From: an uncultured Actinomycetota bacterium
GTDB lineage: Bacteria; Actinomycetota; Actinomycetes; Propionibacteriales; Nocardioidaceae
DNA length: 64,000 nucleotides
Direction: 5' to 3'
Assembly (NCBI GenBank): GCA_963747435.1
Contig: CAVVFK010000001.1
Coordinates: 76,674 to 140,673 of the forward strand
Each line of letters starts with the position of its first letter. The first letter of the stretch is position 1. Position numbers and translations under genes: made by a program. Positions 37,482 through 46,691 of this stretch are shown here, one piece after another. Below the pieces are notes generated by a model, which had not been told where the DNA came from, did not search any database, and saw nothing but the letters and a program-made list of their open reading frames with translations.

Positions 37482-38109
37482 CCCGTCGTCGGGCGGCGGC
37501 TCCGTCTCGGGGGTGCTCGACGCCTCCCCGGACGAGAGCCCCGCGCTGGAGACCGACCCCGTCCTCGACGCCGCACGGGAGAGCATCCTCGCCGTCGGCT
37601 TGCGTCGTACGACGCTGACCGACGTGGCTCGGCGGGCCGGGGTGTCACGGATGACGATCTACCGGCGGTGGAGCGACGTGCAGGCCCTGCTCGCCGACCT
37701 GCTGGTGCGCGAGTGGGGTGACCTGGTCCGGGCCACCCCGGTGGTCGGCGACGGCGAGGTGACCGCGACCTCGCTGGCCCACAGCGTCACCGCGATGGTG
37801 CGCGCGCTGCGTGAGGATCCCCTGTTCGCACGCATCGTCGAGGTGGACCCCGAGCTGCTGCTGCCCTACGTGCTGGAGCGTCGCGGTCGCAACCAGGAGC
37901 TGCTCCGCGAGGTGTTGGCCCACGCCGTGCGCGCGGGGCAGGCCACCGGTGCCGTACGTGAGGTCGACGCCGACCTGCTCGCGCGCAGCATCCTGCTCAG
38001 CGCCCAGGGGTTCCTGCTGTCGTCGGCGATCATGACCGACTCCCACATCGACCAGTCCGCGCTGGACGCCGAGCTGCGTCACCTGCTGGAGAGGCACCTC
38101 GCCCCGTGA
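37462..38109 (+). CDS. TetR family transcriptional regulator
   Basis: HTH: ILAVGLRRTTLTDVARRAGVSRMTIYRRWSDVQAL. Confidence 0.85.
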   Translation: MMSIRHTPSSGGGSVSGVLDASPDESPALETDPVLDAARESILAVGLRRTTLTDVARRAGVSRMTIYRRWSDVQALLADLLVREWGDLVRATPVVGDGEVTATSLAHSVTAMVRALREDPLFARIVEVDPELLLPYVLERRGRNQELLREVLAHAVRAGQATGAVREVDADLLARSILLSAQGFLLSSAIMTDSHIDQSALDAELRHLLERHLAP

Positions 38110-39668
38110 GCACCCCGAGCCCGCACGCTCCTGTCCTGAGCGCCGAGCGTCGCACCGCCGACCTCGGCGCGCTCGCGACCGACCCCGTCGACGTCCTGGT
38201 CATCGGTCTGGGCGTCACCGGCGCCGGCGTCGCACTGGACGCCGCCTCCCGGGGTCTGCGGGTCGCCGCCGTCGACGCCCACGACCTCGCCTTCGGCACC
38301 TCCCGCTGGAGCTCCAAGCTGGTCCACGGCGGCCTGCGCTACCTCGCCCAGGGTCAGCTCGGCGTGGCCCGCGAGTCGGCTGTGGAGCGCGGCATCCTGA
38401 TGACCCGCACCGCACCCCACCTGAGCCGGGCACTGCCGATGGTGATGCCACTCGGCGGGGCGATCACTCGCCCCCAGGCCACCCTGGCGATGCAAGGACT
38501 CCGCGCGGGCGACGTCCTGCGCCGCACCGCGCGGACCCGGTCCGACCTGCTCCCCCGGCCCCGCCGGCTCAGCGCCGCGCAGACCCTGCGCCAGGCACCC
38601 GCCGTCACCACCCGCGGACTGCGCGGCGGCCTGCTCTCCTACGACGGCCAGCTCGAGGACGACGCCCGCCTGGTCGTGGCACTCGCCCGCACCGCCGCGG
38701 CGTACGGCGCGACGGTGCTGACCCGCACCCGCGCCTGCGAGCTGCGACGGGACGGCGCGACGCTGCGCGACGAGCTGGGCGGCGAGGAGCTCGAGGTGCG
38801 CGCCAAGGTCGTGATCAACGCCACCGGCGTCTGGGCCGCCGGCCTGGTGCCGGGCCTGAGCCTCACGCCCAGCCGCGGCACCCACCTGGTGGTGCGCTCG
38901 GAGTCGCTCTCCGACACCACGGTGGCGATCTCCGCCCCCGTCCCGGGGTCGGTCAACCGGTTCGTCTTCACCCTGCCGCAGTCCGACGGGCTGACCTACC
39001 TGGGCCTGACCGACGAGCCCACCGAGGGTGTGCCCGACGTCCCGGAGCCCGAGGAGCACGAGGTCGACTTCCTGCTCGAGACGATCAGCGCCGTCCTGGT
39101 CCGGCCACTGACCCGCGCCGACGTCGTCGGACGCTACGCGGGCCTGCGCCCGCTGCTGACCGCCGAGGGCCAGACCTCCGACCTGTCCCGCCGACATGCC
39201 GTGCTGCGCTCCGAGACCGGCGTGCTGACGGTGGTCGGCGGCAAGCTCACGACGTACCGGCGCATGGCGCAGGACGCCGTCGACGAGGCGGTGAGGACGT
39301 TCGGGCTCGAGGCCGGCCCCTGCCGAACCGCGGACCTCCCGCTGGTCGGGGCTGCTCCGCGCGAGGACCTGGCCGGCCTCGACCCGCTGGAGGCGCCCGG
39401 CCGTCTGGTGCGCCGCTACGGCGCCGAGGCAGCGCAGGTGATCGAGGACGCAGAGCAGCGCACCGGCGAGCGGCGCGCCGACCTGCTCGCCGCGATCAGC
39501 GACACCGTGCCCCTGACCCGCGCCGAGCTGCTCTGGGGCGTGACCCACGAGGGTGCGGTGGACCTCTCCGACCTGCTCGACCGGCGCAGCCGCGTCGGTC
39601 TGGTCGACTCCGACCGGGCCGCCGCCGAGGCCGCCGCCACGTGGGCGCTGAGCGCTGGGGGACGGTGA
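38106..39668 (+). CDS. glpD: FAD-dependent glycerol-3-phosphate dehydrogenase
   Basis: The GTG at 38106 overlaps the TetR stop (GTGA). Motifs VLVIGLGVTGAGVALDAASRG and SSKLVHGGLRYL are present. Confidence 0.85.
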   Translation: MSTPSPHAPVLSAERRTADLGALATDPVDVLVIGLGVTGAGVALDAASRGLRVAAVDAHDLAFGTSRWSSKLVHGGLRYLAQGQLGVARESAVERGILMTRTAPHLSRALPMVMPLGGAITRPQATLAMQGLRAGDVLRRTARTRSDLLPRPRRLSAAQTLRQAPAVTTRGLRGGLLSYDGQLEDDARLVVALARTAAAYGATVLTRTRACELRRDGATLRDELGGEELEVRAKVVINATGVWAAGLVPGLSLTPSRGTHLVVRSESLSDTTVAISAPVPGSVNRFVFTLPQSDGLTYLGLTDEPTEGVPDVPEPEEHEVDFLLETISAVLVRPLTRADVVGRYAGLRPLLTAEGQTSDLSRRHAVLRSETGVLTVVGGKLTTYRRMAQDAVDEAVRTFGLEAGPCRTADLPLVGAAPREDLAGLDPLEAPGRLVRRYGAEAAQVIEDAEQRTGERRADLLAAISDTVPLTRAELLWGVTHEGAVDLSDLLDRRSRVGLVDSDRAAAEAAATWALSAGGR

Positions 39669-39696
39669 CCGGACCCCGGTGCCGCGCGGGGGGTGG

Positions 39697-39756
39697 ACCA
39701 ATCGGCGACAGACGGCACGGATCCGGCGCGATCCGCGTCGTATCCCGCCGATTGGT
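39697..39756. repeat. Family-2 hairpin repeat, copy X
   Basis: ACCAATCGGCG...CGCCGATTGGT forms an imperfect 60-nt hairpin about 70% identical to copy Y. Confidence 0.7.
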
Positions 39757-39783
39757 GAGCGAGGACCCCAGTACGCTCCCCAG

Positions 39784-40137
39784 ATGGACAACGCGACCTC
39801 GCTCTCCCTGGCCCGCATCGTCGTCGGAGCCGCCGCCTGGGCGGCACCCGAGCTCTCGTTGAAGGGAGCGATGCTCGATGCCGGCGCAACGCAGTCGCCC
39901 TACCTGCTGCGGCTGTTCGGCGCCCGCGACGTCGCCCTGGGCGCGGCCACCCTGCTCGCCGCTCCCGAGCACAGGTCGACGCTGCTCAAGATCGGTCTCG
40001 GCGTGGACGCCGGGGACACCGCGGCCGCGGTGCTCGCCCTGTCGCAGGGCCAGGTGAGCAAGCCCACCGGCGTCATCCTCGCCGCCGCGGCCGGCGCCGC
40101 CGTCGCGGCGGGCTTCGCAGCCCTCGCCCAGCGCTGA
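39784..40137 (+). CDS. Small hydrophobic membrane protein (117 aa; DUF4267-like by recollection)
   Basis: ATG at 39784. The translation is MDNATSLSLARIVVGAAAWAAPELSL...GVILAAAAGAAVAAGFAALAQR. Confidence 0.6.
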   Translation: MDNATSLSLARIVVGAAAWAAPELSLKGAMLDAGATQSPYLLRLFGARDVALGAATLLAAPEHRSTLLKIGLGVDAGDTAAAVLALSQGQVSKPTGVILAAAAGAAVAAGFAALAQR

Positions 40138-40160
40138 CCCCACGCTGCCAGCGCGTCAGA

Positions 40161-40221
40161 ACGAATCGGCGGCAAACGACGCTGGTTTCGCCGGATCTTC
40201 GGTCGTCTCTCGCCGATTGGT
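40161..40221. repeat. Family-2 hairpin repeat, copy Y
   Basis: ACGAATCGGCG...CGCCGATTGGT, in the same orientation as copy X, lies immediately downstream of the small membrane-protein gene. Confidence 0.7.
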
Positions 40222-40240
40222 CAGGAGCCCCGCCGCAGAC

Positions 40241-40789
40241 TCAGCGGCCGAGGTGCTCGACGACCTCGGCGTGTGGGAGTGCGGCGAGCAGGGCGCCGGG
40301 GACCAGCAGCTTGGAGCGTCGCAGGCCGCTGCCCAGGACCACCGTGGGCATCACGGTCAGCGACTCGTCGACGAAGATCCGCCACTGCTCGGGCAGGCCG
40401 ACCGGGGTGATCCCGCCGTACTCCATGGCACTGCGCTCCACGGCGTCGTCGGCGCCGAGGAAGGACGCCTTGCGCACGTCGAGCCGGCGCTTGACCAGGT
40501 TGTTGACGTCGGCGCGGGTGTCGGCGCGCACGACGCAGGCCGCGACCCGCTCCCGACCCTCGCGGCGACCGCCGACGACGACGCAGTTGCCGTTGGCCTC
40601 GTCGGGCAGGTCGTAGGCCTCGGTCAGCGCCGCGGTGTCGGCGAGGCCGGGGTCGATCTCGACCACACCGACCTCGTCGGCTCGGTCCCAGGCGCGCAGC
40701 GCCTCGAGCACCGGGGCGGCGAGCAGATCAGGGTGGTCGAGCGCGGCCTGCGCGACCAGCCCACCGACCTGCCAGGCGTCGCCGGTCAC
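40241..40789 (-). CDS. YbaK/EbsC-like aminoacyl-tRNA editing domain protein
   Basis: GTG at 40789, in a GTGA overlap. The 182-aa protein contains ...CVVVGGRREGRERVAACVVRADTRADVN...ERSAMEYGGITPVGLP. Confidence 0.7.
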   Translation of the reverse strand: MTGDAWQVGGLVAQAALDHPDLLAAPVLEALRAWDRADEVGVVEIDPGLADTAALTEAYDLPDEANGNCVVVGGRREGRERVAACVVRADTRADVNNLVKRRLDVRKASFLGADDAVERSAMEYGGITPVGLPEQWRIFVDESLTVMPTVVLGSGLRRSKLLVPGALLAALPHAEVVEHLGR

Positions 40790-41259
40790 TCGTCGTCGCG
40801 GCGCAGCAGCGAGTCCCAGCGACTGAGGTCGTCGGGGACGTCGACGGCGTGCTCGCGCAGCGCCGCGATCGGGACGATGTCCAGGGCGCTCTGGTGCGTC
40901 GCGGAGAGGACGACGGGCGCGGCCACCCCCGCCTCGTAGGACTGCAGCCAGCGCGCGGCGAGCACGCACCAGCGGTCGCCGGGAGTCAGGCCGGGGAAGC
41001 CGAGCTCCAGCTTGGGGGTGACCAGGTCGTTGCCCAGGCTCTGCTGGTGCTCGAGGAACTCGCGGGTCATGACCGAGGCGACGGTGTGGCCGCCGTACGG
41101 GGAGCCGGCGCGCACCGGCGGGCGGCAGAATCCGTCGCGGAAGTAACCGGTGCGCGGGCGCGAGCTGCACAGGTCGAGCGGCTCGCCGAGCACGTTGATG
41201 TCGTCGGTCTCCGTAGCCCGCTGGGGCGGCAGCGAGTCGGCTCCCTCGATACCCGTCAT
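40786..41259 (-). CDS. DUF2237 family protein
   Basis: 157 aa. GEPLDLCSSRPRTGYFRDGFC...GDRWCVLAARW matches my recollection of the DUF2237 pattern. Confidence 0.65.
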   Translation of the reverse strand: MTGIEGADSLPPQRATETDDINVLGEPLDLCSSRPRTGYFRDGFCRPPVRAGSPYGGHTVASVMTREFLEHQQSLGNDLVTPKLELGFPGLTPGDRWCVLAARWLQSYEAGVAAPVVLSATHQSALDIVPIAALREHAVDVPDDLSRWDSLLRRDDE

Positions 41260-41342
41260 GGCCTCAGGCTAGTCCTTATGGGTGGTGTGACGGGGGGACC
41301 CACGGCCCTGACGTGTCGCGCGCGAGGAAGGAGGATCGAGAC

Positions 41343-42530
41343 ATGAAGCGACTGGTGATCTGTTGCGACGGCACCTGGAACCGCTCGGACAACCCGACGG
41401 TGACCAACGTGGAGAAGATCGCTCGCACCATCCAGCTCGAGCCCGAGCAGGCATTGGGGGTCCAGCAGATGGTGCTCTACATCCCCGGCGTCGGCACCGC
41501 CGGGTATCAGGCGGACAAGATCCTGGGTGGCGCCTTCGGGTTCGGGCTGTTCAACAACGTGCTCAACGCCTACCGGTTCCTCTCGATCAACTACGCACCC
41601 GGCGACGAGATCTTCGTGATCGGTTTCAGCCGCGGCGCCTACACCGCCCGGTCGCTGGCCGGCATGGTCGGCAAGGTCGGCCTGCTGACGCGCGAGGCGA
41701 TGATCGACGGGCACCTGCACGAGGCCGGTCTGCGCTACCGGCACCCCGGCGACGAGGAGTGGCCGCAGGAGTGGGCCGACCCCGAGCAGTTCCGTGCCGA
41801 GCACTGCCACCCCGACGTCCCGATCAAGTTCCTCGGCGTCTTCGACACGGTCGGCGCGCTGGGTGTCCCCGGGGCGCTGGGTCGACGTCAGCAGTTCCAC
41901 GACGTGGCGCTGGGTGACGCGGTGCGGACCGCCCGGCAGGCGCTCGCGATCGACGAGACGCGGATGAAGTTCGAGCCGTGCCTGTGGCAGGCGTCCACCG
42001 ACCCCGACCGGCCCGAGGTGTCGGGGCGCATCAAGCAGGTCTGGTTCGAAGGAGCCCACTCCGACGTAGGCGGCGGCTACGAGGAGGCGGGGCTGGCCGA
42101 CACCGCCCTGCTCTGGATGGCGGCCGAGGCGCAGGCCCAGGGCCTGGTCTTCGACTGCGACCTCTTCGGCGAGCAGCTGGGAGAGGGCACCGCGGTGCAG
42201 CGACACGACGCGTCGAGCGCGCTCTACCGCGTCGTCGACACCGCGATCCGGCTCCGGATCGTGCTCGGCCGCGCCAAGGGCGAGTCCTTCACCGGTCGCC
42301 GGCGGCGGCTGGACCGCCGCGACAGCGCGGGGGTGGCGATCGCCAGCACCACCGCCGCTCGCTACCGCAACCCCGCGGAGGACTACCGACCCAGCAACCT
42401 GGTGGCCTACGACGAGGCGACCGGCGGGTTCGCCGAGGCCAGCGAGCCGACGTTGATCAACCCCAGCGACGCCTACGACGAGCTGCTGGCGCGCTTCATC
42501 CGGGAATGCGCGGTGCCGCAGCGCGGCTAG
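41343..42530 (+). CDS. DUF2235 (Tle1-like alpha/beta hydrolase) domain protein
   Basis: ATG at 41343 after a GAAGGAGGA RBS. Motifs are MKRLVICCDGTWN, the nucleophile elbow GFSRGA, FDTVGALG and AHSDVGGGY. Confidence 0.8.
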   Translation: MKRLVICCDGTWNRSDNPTVTNVEKIARTIQLEPEQALGVQQMVLYIPGVGTAGYQADKILGGAFGFGLFNNVLNAYRFLSINYAPGDEIFVIGFSRGAYTARSLAGMVGKVGLLTREAMIDGHLHEAGLRYRHPGDEEWPQEWADPEQFRAEHCHPDVPIKFLGVFDTVGALGVPGALGRRQQFHDVALGDAVRTARQALAIDETRMKFEPCLWQASTDPDRPEVSGRIKQVWFEGAHSDVGGGYEEAGLADTALLWMAAEAQAQGLVFDCDLFGEQLGEGTAVQRHDASSALYRVVDTAIRLRIVLGRAKGESFTGRRRRLDRRDSAGVAIASTTAARYRNPAEDYRPSNLVAYDEATGGFAEASEPTLINPSDAYDELLARFIRECAVPQRG

Positions 42531-43518
42531 CCTCGCCACGCTGCAGCCGCCCGAGCGCGCGCAGCCCTTCCACGGCGTCACGCAGCGTCTCCCGAGGGGG
42601 CCGGAAGCGCACGCCCAGCTCGGTCTCCAGCGGCTCGTTGTCGGCCTCCGGCATCCGGGTGTAGTACTGCATCCGCGGATAGGTGATCGGGGTGCCCAGG
42701 TGCAGCCGGTCCTCGACCCGACCGAAGCCTCGCAGCAGAGCATCCGGGACCGGCAGGTGGACCAGCCGACGACCGGAGACCTCCGAGAGCAGCCGCGCGA
42801 TCTCGCGTGCCTCGATCCGGATGCCTCCGGCCGCGAAGCGCCGGGGCCCCCTGCCGGGCTCGAGCAGCGCCGCGTGGATCCGGCCGAGGTCGCGCACGTC
42901 GCACACGGTCCACGCCGAGCGACGCCCGGGCACGATCCGCATCGCCATCGCCTTCTCGATGCCCTCGGTGGCTTCGCCGCTCATCTGCCCCGCGGGCGGA
43001 CCGAGCACCGCGCCGGGGTAGGTGATCACCACCGGGGCGCCCTGGTCCTGCAGGTCGCGCACGTAGTGCTCCACCTCGGCCTTGGAGGCGCCGTACGCAT
43101 CGAGCCCGGGCGCCACGGGCAGGTCGGCGCTCAGCAGCGGCAGGCGGGGCTCGAAGACCGCGGCGAGGCTGGAGACGTAGACCACCGGGTCGAGCCCGCG
43201 GTCCACGGCCTTGCCGACGACGTTGTGTGCGCCGGCGAGGTTGGTGCGCGACATCTCCTCGGCCGCGTCGGGACCGAGGGCCACGACGGCGGCACAGTGC
43301 ACGACGGCGTCACACCCGACCATGGCGGCGTCGACGGCATCGGCATCGGCGATGTCGCCGACCACGTGGTCGCTGGTCTCGAGCCCGAGGGCCTGCGCGC
43401 TGTCGGCGAGCTTCGCCGGTGTCCGGACGAGGTAGCGCACCTCGTGCCCGGCGTCGACGATGGCGCGGGCGGTCCAGGCGCCGACGAATCCCGTCCCACC
43501 GGTCAGCATCACCTTCAC
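42496..43518 (-). CDS. NAD-dependent epimerase/dehydratase family protein
   Basis: VKVMLTGGTGFVGAW...YGASKAE. Its 3' end overlaps the convergent DUF2235 gene by 35 nt. Confidence 0.8.
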   Translation of the reverse strand: MKVMLTGGTGFVGAWTARAIVDAGHEVRYLVRTPAKLADSAQALGLETSDHVVGDIADADAVDAAMVGCDAVVHCAAVVALGPDAAEEMSRTNLAGAHNVVGKAVDRGLDPVVYVSSLAAVFEPRLPLLSADLPVAPGLDAYGASKAEVEHYVRDLQDQGAPVVITYPGAVLGPPAGQMSGEATEGIEKAMAMRIVPGRRSAWTVCDVRDLGRIHAALLEPGRGPRRFAAGGIRIEAREIARLLSEVSGRRLVHLPVPDALLRGFGRVEDRLHLGTPITYPRMQYYTRMPEADNEPLETELGVRFRPPRETLRDAVEGLRALGRLQRGEASRAAAPRIPG

Positions 43519-44516
43519 GGCGGGCCGTCTCCCGGGGGGCCCTGGGCCCGCAGCTGCGCGATCCCCTCCTCGCGGGTGATCACCGGCCGGTAGCCGATCT
43601 CGCGTCGCGCCCGGTCGTCGTTGACGGTCATCTCCTGGGCTCCGAGGGCCACCGCGGTCGGTGAGATCGCGGGCTCACCCTGGCGTCGCAGCACCCGGTG
43701 CGAGCCGGCAAGCGCCCGGGCGGCCGTGCGCGCGACGCTGCGCGGGACCGACCGTGAGGGCATCTCGACCCCGTGCGCCTGCGCCATGGCGGTGACGAAC
43801 TCACGGAACTGCACCGGGGCACCGTCGGTCACGAAGTAGGCCTGCCCGGTGCGCTCGGACTCAGCCGCACGCACGATCGCCTCGCACACGTTGCTGACGT
43901 GACAGGTCGAGGTGAGGTAGTCGCCACCCGCCACCCACGCCCACTTCCCCTCCCTGACCGCGTCGAGGATGCCGGGCAGCACCGTGGTGTCCCCCGGGCC
44001 CCAGATCAGGCGTGGTCGCACCACGATCGTGCCGAGCTCGTGGCTGTCGGCGGCGAGCACGATCTGCTCCGCGAGCGCCTTGGTGCGGGGGTACTCCCCG
44101 GCGTGACGTGCGGGGTACGGCGCGTCCTCGTCGACGTAGCGCAGCGGGTGCCCGTCGGCGAGCACGGCCTCGGTGCTGACGTGGACCAGGCGCCGGGCTC
44201 CGACCCGCTGGGCGAGGCTCACCGCAGCCCGGGTGCCCTCGACATTGGCCTCGTCCAGGTCGCCTCGCCGCGCCCACTGGGCGGTCACAGCCGCTGCGTG
44301 CACGACCACGTCCACCTCGCCGATGCCCCCGGCCAGCTCCTCGAGCAGACCCAGGTGGCCCCGCACCGGGGTCGCACCGCCGGCCCTCACGGCGCGCTCG
44401 GCCTCCTGCGACCGTGCGAGCGCGTGCACCTGGTGGCCGTCGGCGACCAGCCGGCGCAGCAGGTGGCCCCCCAGGAAGCCAGAGCCGCCGGTCACGAAGT
44501 AACGCACCCGGTTCAC
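43515..44516 (-). CDS. NAD-dependent epimerase/dehydratase (3-beta-HSD-like) family protein
   Basis: VNRVRYFVTGGSGFLGGHL...YPRTKALAE. A GTGA overlap links it to the downstream paralog. Confidence 0.8.
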   Translation of the reverse strand: MNRVRYFVTGGSGFLGGHLLRRLVADGHQVHALARSQEAERAVRAGGATPVRGHLGLLEELAGGIGEVDVVVHAAAVTAQWARRGDLDEANVEGTRAAVSLAQRVGARRLVHVSTEAVLADGHPLRYVDEDAPYPARHAGEYPRTKALAEQIVLAADSHELGTIVVRPRLIWGPGDTTVLPGILDAVREGKWAWVAGGDYLTSTCHVSNVCEAIVRAAESERTGQAYFVTDGAPVQFREFVTAMAQAHGVEMPSRSVPRSVARTAARALAGSHRVLRRQGEPAISPTAVALGAQEMTVNDDRARREIGYRPVITREEGIAQLRAQGPPGDGPP

Positions 44517-44557
44517 CGTAGTGCCCCTCGCAGCCGCTGTGGCCGCGCTTGGCCAGC

Positions 44558-44595
44558 TCAGACCAGGTCAGACACGGCTCAGACTCAGATCAGAC
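44558..44595. repeat. Five direct TCAGA(C/T) hexamers upstream of the epimerase operon
   Basis: The hexamers start at 44558, 44568, 44579, 44585 and 44590, which is 42-79 nt upstream of the GTG at 44516. Confidence 0.6.
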
Positions 44596-44622
44596 CGAGG
44601 TCCGGCGCTGGTCCGGTCCGGG

Positions 44623-45291
44623 TCAGGAGCCCAGCCGGGCCAGGATGCTGTGCTCCCAGGTGTTGGTGATCGCGCGCGGGTCGTCGTGGACCTCGCCCGC
44701 ACCGGCCTCGAGCAGGGTCCGCCGGTCGATGCCGCCGCAGGTCACCCCGATGCAGGCGATCCCGGCGCGCAGCGCGGCCTCGACGTCCCAGATGGTGTCG
44801 CCGATGGCGACCGAGTGCTCGGGGTCGAGCTGCTGGCTCGCCAGGGCCTTGGCGAAGGGGTCTGCTGAGGGCTTGGACTCCTCGACGTCGCTGGAGGTGA
44901 TGATGCCGTCGAGCTCGTCCTCCTCCACCCCGATCGCGGGCAGCATCCAGCCGAGGTCGTCGCGCGAGCCGCTCGTGGCCAGCACGACCGTGAGGTTGTT
45001 GCTGCGGCACTGCCGGATGAGCTCAGGCGCACCGGGAAGTGCGCGGACCTCGTCGTGAAAGGCCTCGTAGTGCTTGCTGTGGGACGCGGCGACCTCGTCG
45101 TGGGTCTCCCCGAGCAGGTGCTCGACGAGCTCGGAGCTGGCGATGCCGATGGCGCGGTGGATGGCGGCCATGGGGACGTCGTACCCGTGCTCGCGCAGGG
45201 CGCGGGCCCACGCCACGGCGTGCAGGTAGGGGGTGTCGAGCAACGTGCCGTCGACGTCGAAGACCACCCCGGGTCGTGCTGACTGCGCCAT
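44623..45291 (-). CDS. HAD-superfamily hydrolase
   Basis: ATG at 45291. HAD motif I is VVFDVDGTLLDT. TSG and GDTIWD motifs are also present. Confidence 0.8.
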   Translation of the reverse strand: MAQSARPGVVFDVDGTLLDTPYLHAVAWARALREHGYDVPMAAIHRAIGIASSELVEHLLGETHDEVAASHSKHYEAFHDEVRALPGAPELIRQCRSNNLTVVLATSGSRDDLGWMLPAIGVEEDELDGIITSSDVEESKPSADPFAKALASQQLDPEHSVAIGDTIWDVEAALRAGIACIGVTCGGIDRRTLLEAGAGEVHDDPRAITNTWEHSILARLGS

Positions 45292-45425
45292 CTGGTTTCG
45301 TCCTGCCTCTCCTCCGGGCCGTCCGGTTCGTGACCCAACGTGCCACGTCTGCTGCCCGGGCACGAATTGCACCGGGTTGGCTGCGTGGCAGCCCCGCCCC
45401 GAGCCGGAGCGACTAGCCTGACCAG

Positions 45426-46661
45426 GTGGCCCCGGACACCGAACCCCAGGACGCTGCCCCGACGACGCAACCCCAGGTCGGGGTGGCCAGCGAGGTGGGT
45501 CGGCTCCGCACCGTGCTGCTCCACCGGCCGGGCGCCGAGCTGGAGCGGCTCACCCCGCGCAACAACGACCGGTTGCTCTTCGACGGCATCCCCTGGGTGC
45601 GCCGCGCGCAGGAGGAGCACGACAGGTTCGCTGCCGCGCTGACCGAGCGCGAGGTCGAGGTGCTCTACCTCACCGACCTGCTCACCGAGGCGCTGGAGGA
45701 GGCCGAGGCGCGGGCCGAGGCGATCGATCTCACCGTCGAGAACCTCCACCTCGGCGACAGCCTGCGCGGCTACCTCGTCGAGCGGCTGCTCGACCAGTCG
45801 CCCGAGGACCTCACCAAGCTGCTGTGTGCCGGCCTGCGCAACGACGAGGTGAGCAACGCTCCGAGCGGGTTGGTGACCAGTCTGCTCCCCGACGACGCGT
45901 TCCTCATCGACCCGCTGCCCAACCTGCTCTTCACCCGTGACTCGAGCGTGTGGGTGCGCGACCACGCGGTGCTGACCTCGCTGGCGATGCCGGCGAGGAG
46001 CCGTGAGACCCAGCTGACCGGCCTGATCTACGCCCGCCACCCACGGTTCCGCGAGGTGTCGCGGATCCCGAGCGCGCCGCACGAGTTCGTCGAGGGCGGC
46101 GACGTGCTGCTCATGGCACCCGGCGTGGTCGCCATCGGGGTGGGTGAGCGCACCACCCCGGCGGGAGCCGAGCAGCTGGCGCGCCGGCTGTTCGCCCTGG
46201 GGCTGGCCGAGACCGTGCTCGCCGTGCCGATCGTGCAGGAGCGCGCGACCATGCATCTCGACACCATCTGCACGATGGTCGACGTCGACAAGATCGTGAT
46301 GTATCCCAACGTGGCCGACCAGCTCCAGGCCTACACGGTCAGGGGATCCGGCGACGGCCTCTCGATCAGCGGCCCGGAGCCGTTCCTGGCCGCGGTCGCG
46401 TCGGCGATGGGCATCGAGGAGCTGCACCAGATCGACACCGGCCTCGACCCGGTGACCGCGGAGCGCGAGCAGTGGGACGACGGCAACAACACCCTGGCGA
46501 TCGGGCCCCGGATGGCGGTCGCCTACGAGCGCAACACCCGCACCAACCGCCGGCTGGAGGACGCCGGCATCGAGGTGGTGGAGATCAGCGGCTCCGAGCT
46601 CGGCTCGGGTCGGGGCGGTCCCCGGTGCATGTCGTGCCCGGTGCTGCGCGACCCGCTGTGA
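45426..46661 (+). CDS. arcA: Arginine deiminase
   Basis: 411 aa with motifs FTRDSS, EGGDVL, HLDT and the C-terminal catalytic GGPRCMSCP. Confidence 0.9.
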   Translation: MAPDTEPQDAAPTTQPQVGVASEVGRLRTVLLHRPGAELERLTPRNNDRLLFDGIPWVRRAQEEHDRFAAALTEREVEVLYLTDLLTEALEEAEARAEAIDLTVENLHLGDSLRGYLVERLLDQSPEDLTKLLCAGLRNDEVSNAPSGLVTSLLPDDAFLIDPLPNLLFTRDSSVWVRDHAVLTSLAMPARSRETQLTGLIYARHPRFREVSRIPSAPHEFVEGGDVLLMAPGVVAIGVGERTTPAGAEQLARRLFALGLAETVLAVPIVQERATMHLDTICTMVDVDKIVMYPNVADQLQAYTVRGSGDGLSISGPEPFLAAVASAMGIEELHQIDTGLDPVTAEREQWDDGNNTLAIGPRMAVAYERNTRTNRRLEDAGIEVVEISGSELGSGRGGPRCMSCPVLRDPL

Positions 46662-46691
46662 GCCGACGCCCGGCCGCGGTCGCGGCGGGGC

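Noticed and set aside
42496-42530. A 35-nt overlap of the convergent DUF2235 and epimerase genes, as a possible annotation or frameshift problem.
   Set aside because: Both ORFs read cleanly to their stops with family-typical C-termini. Convergent 3' overlaps are common in compact GC-rich genomes.
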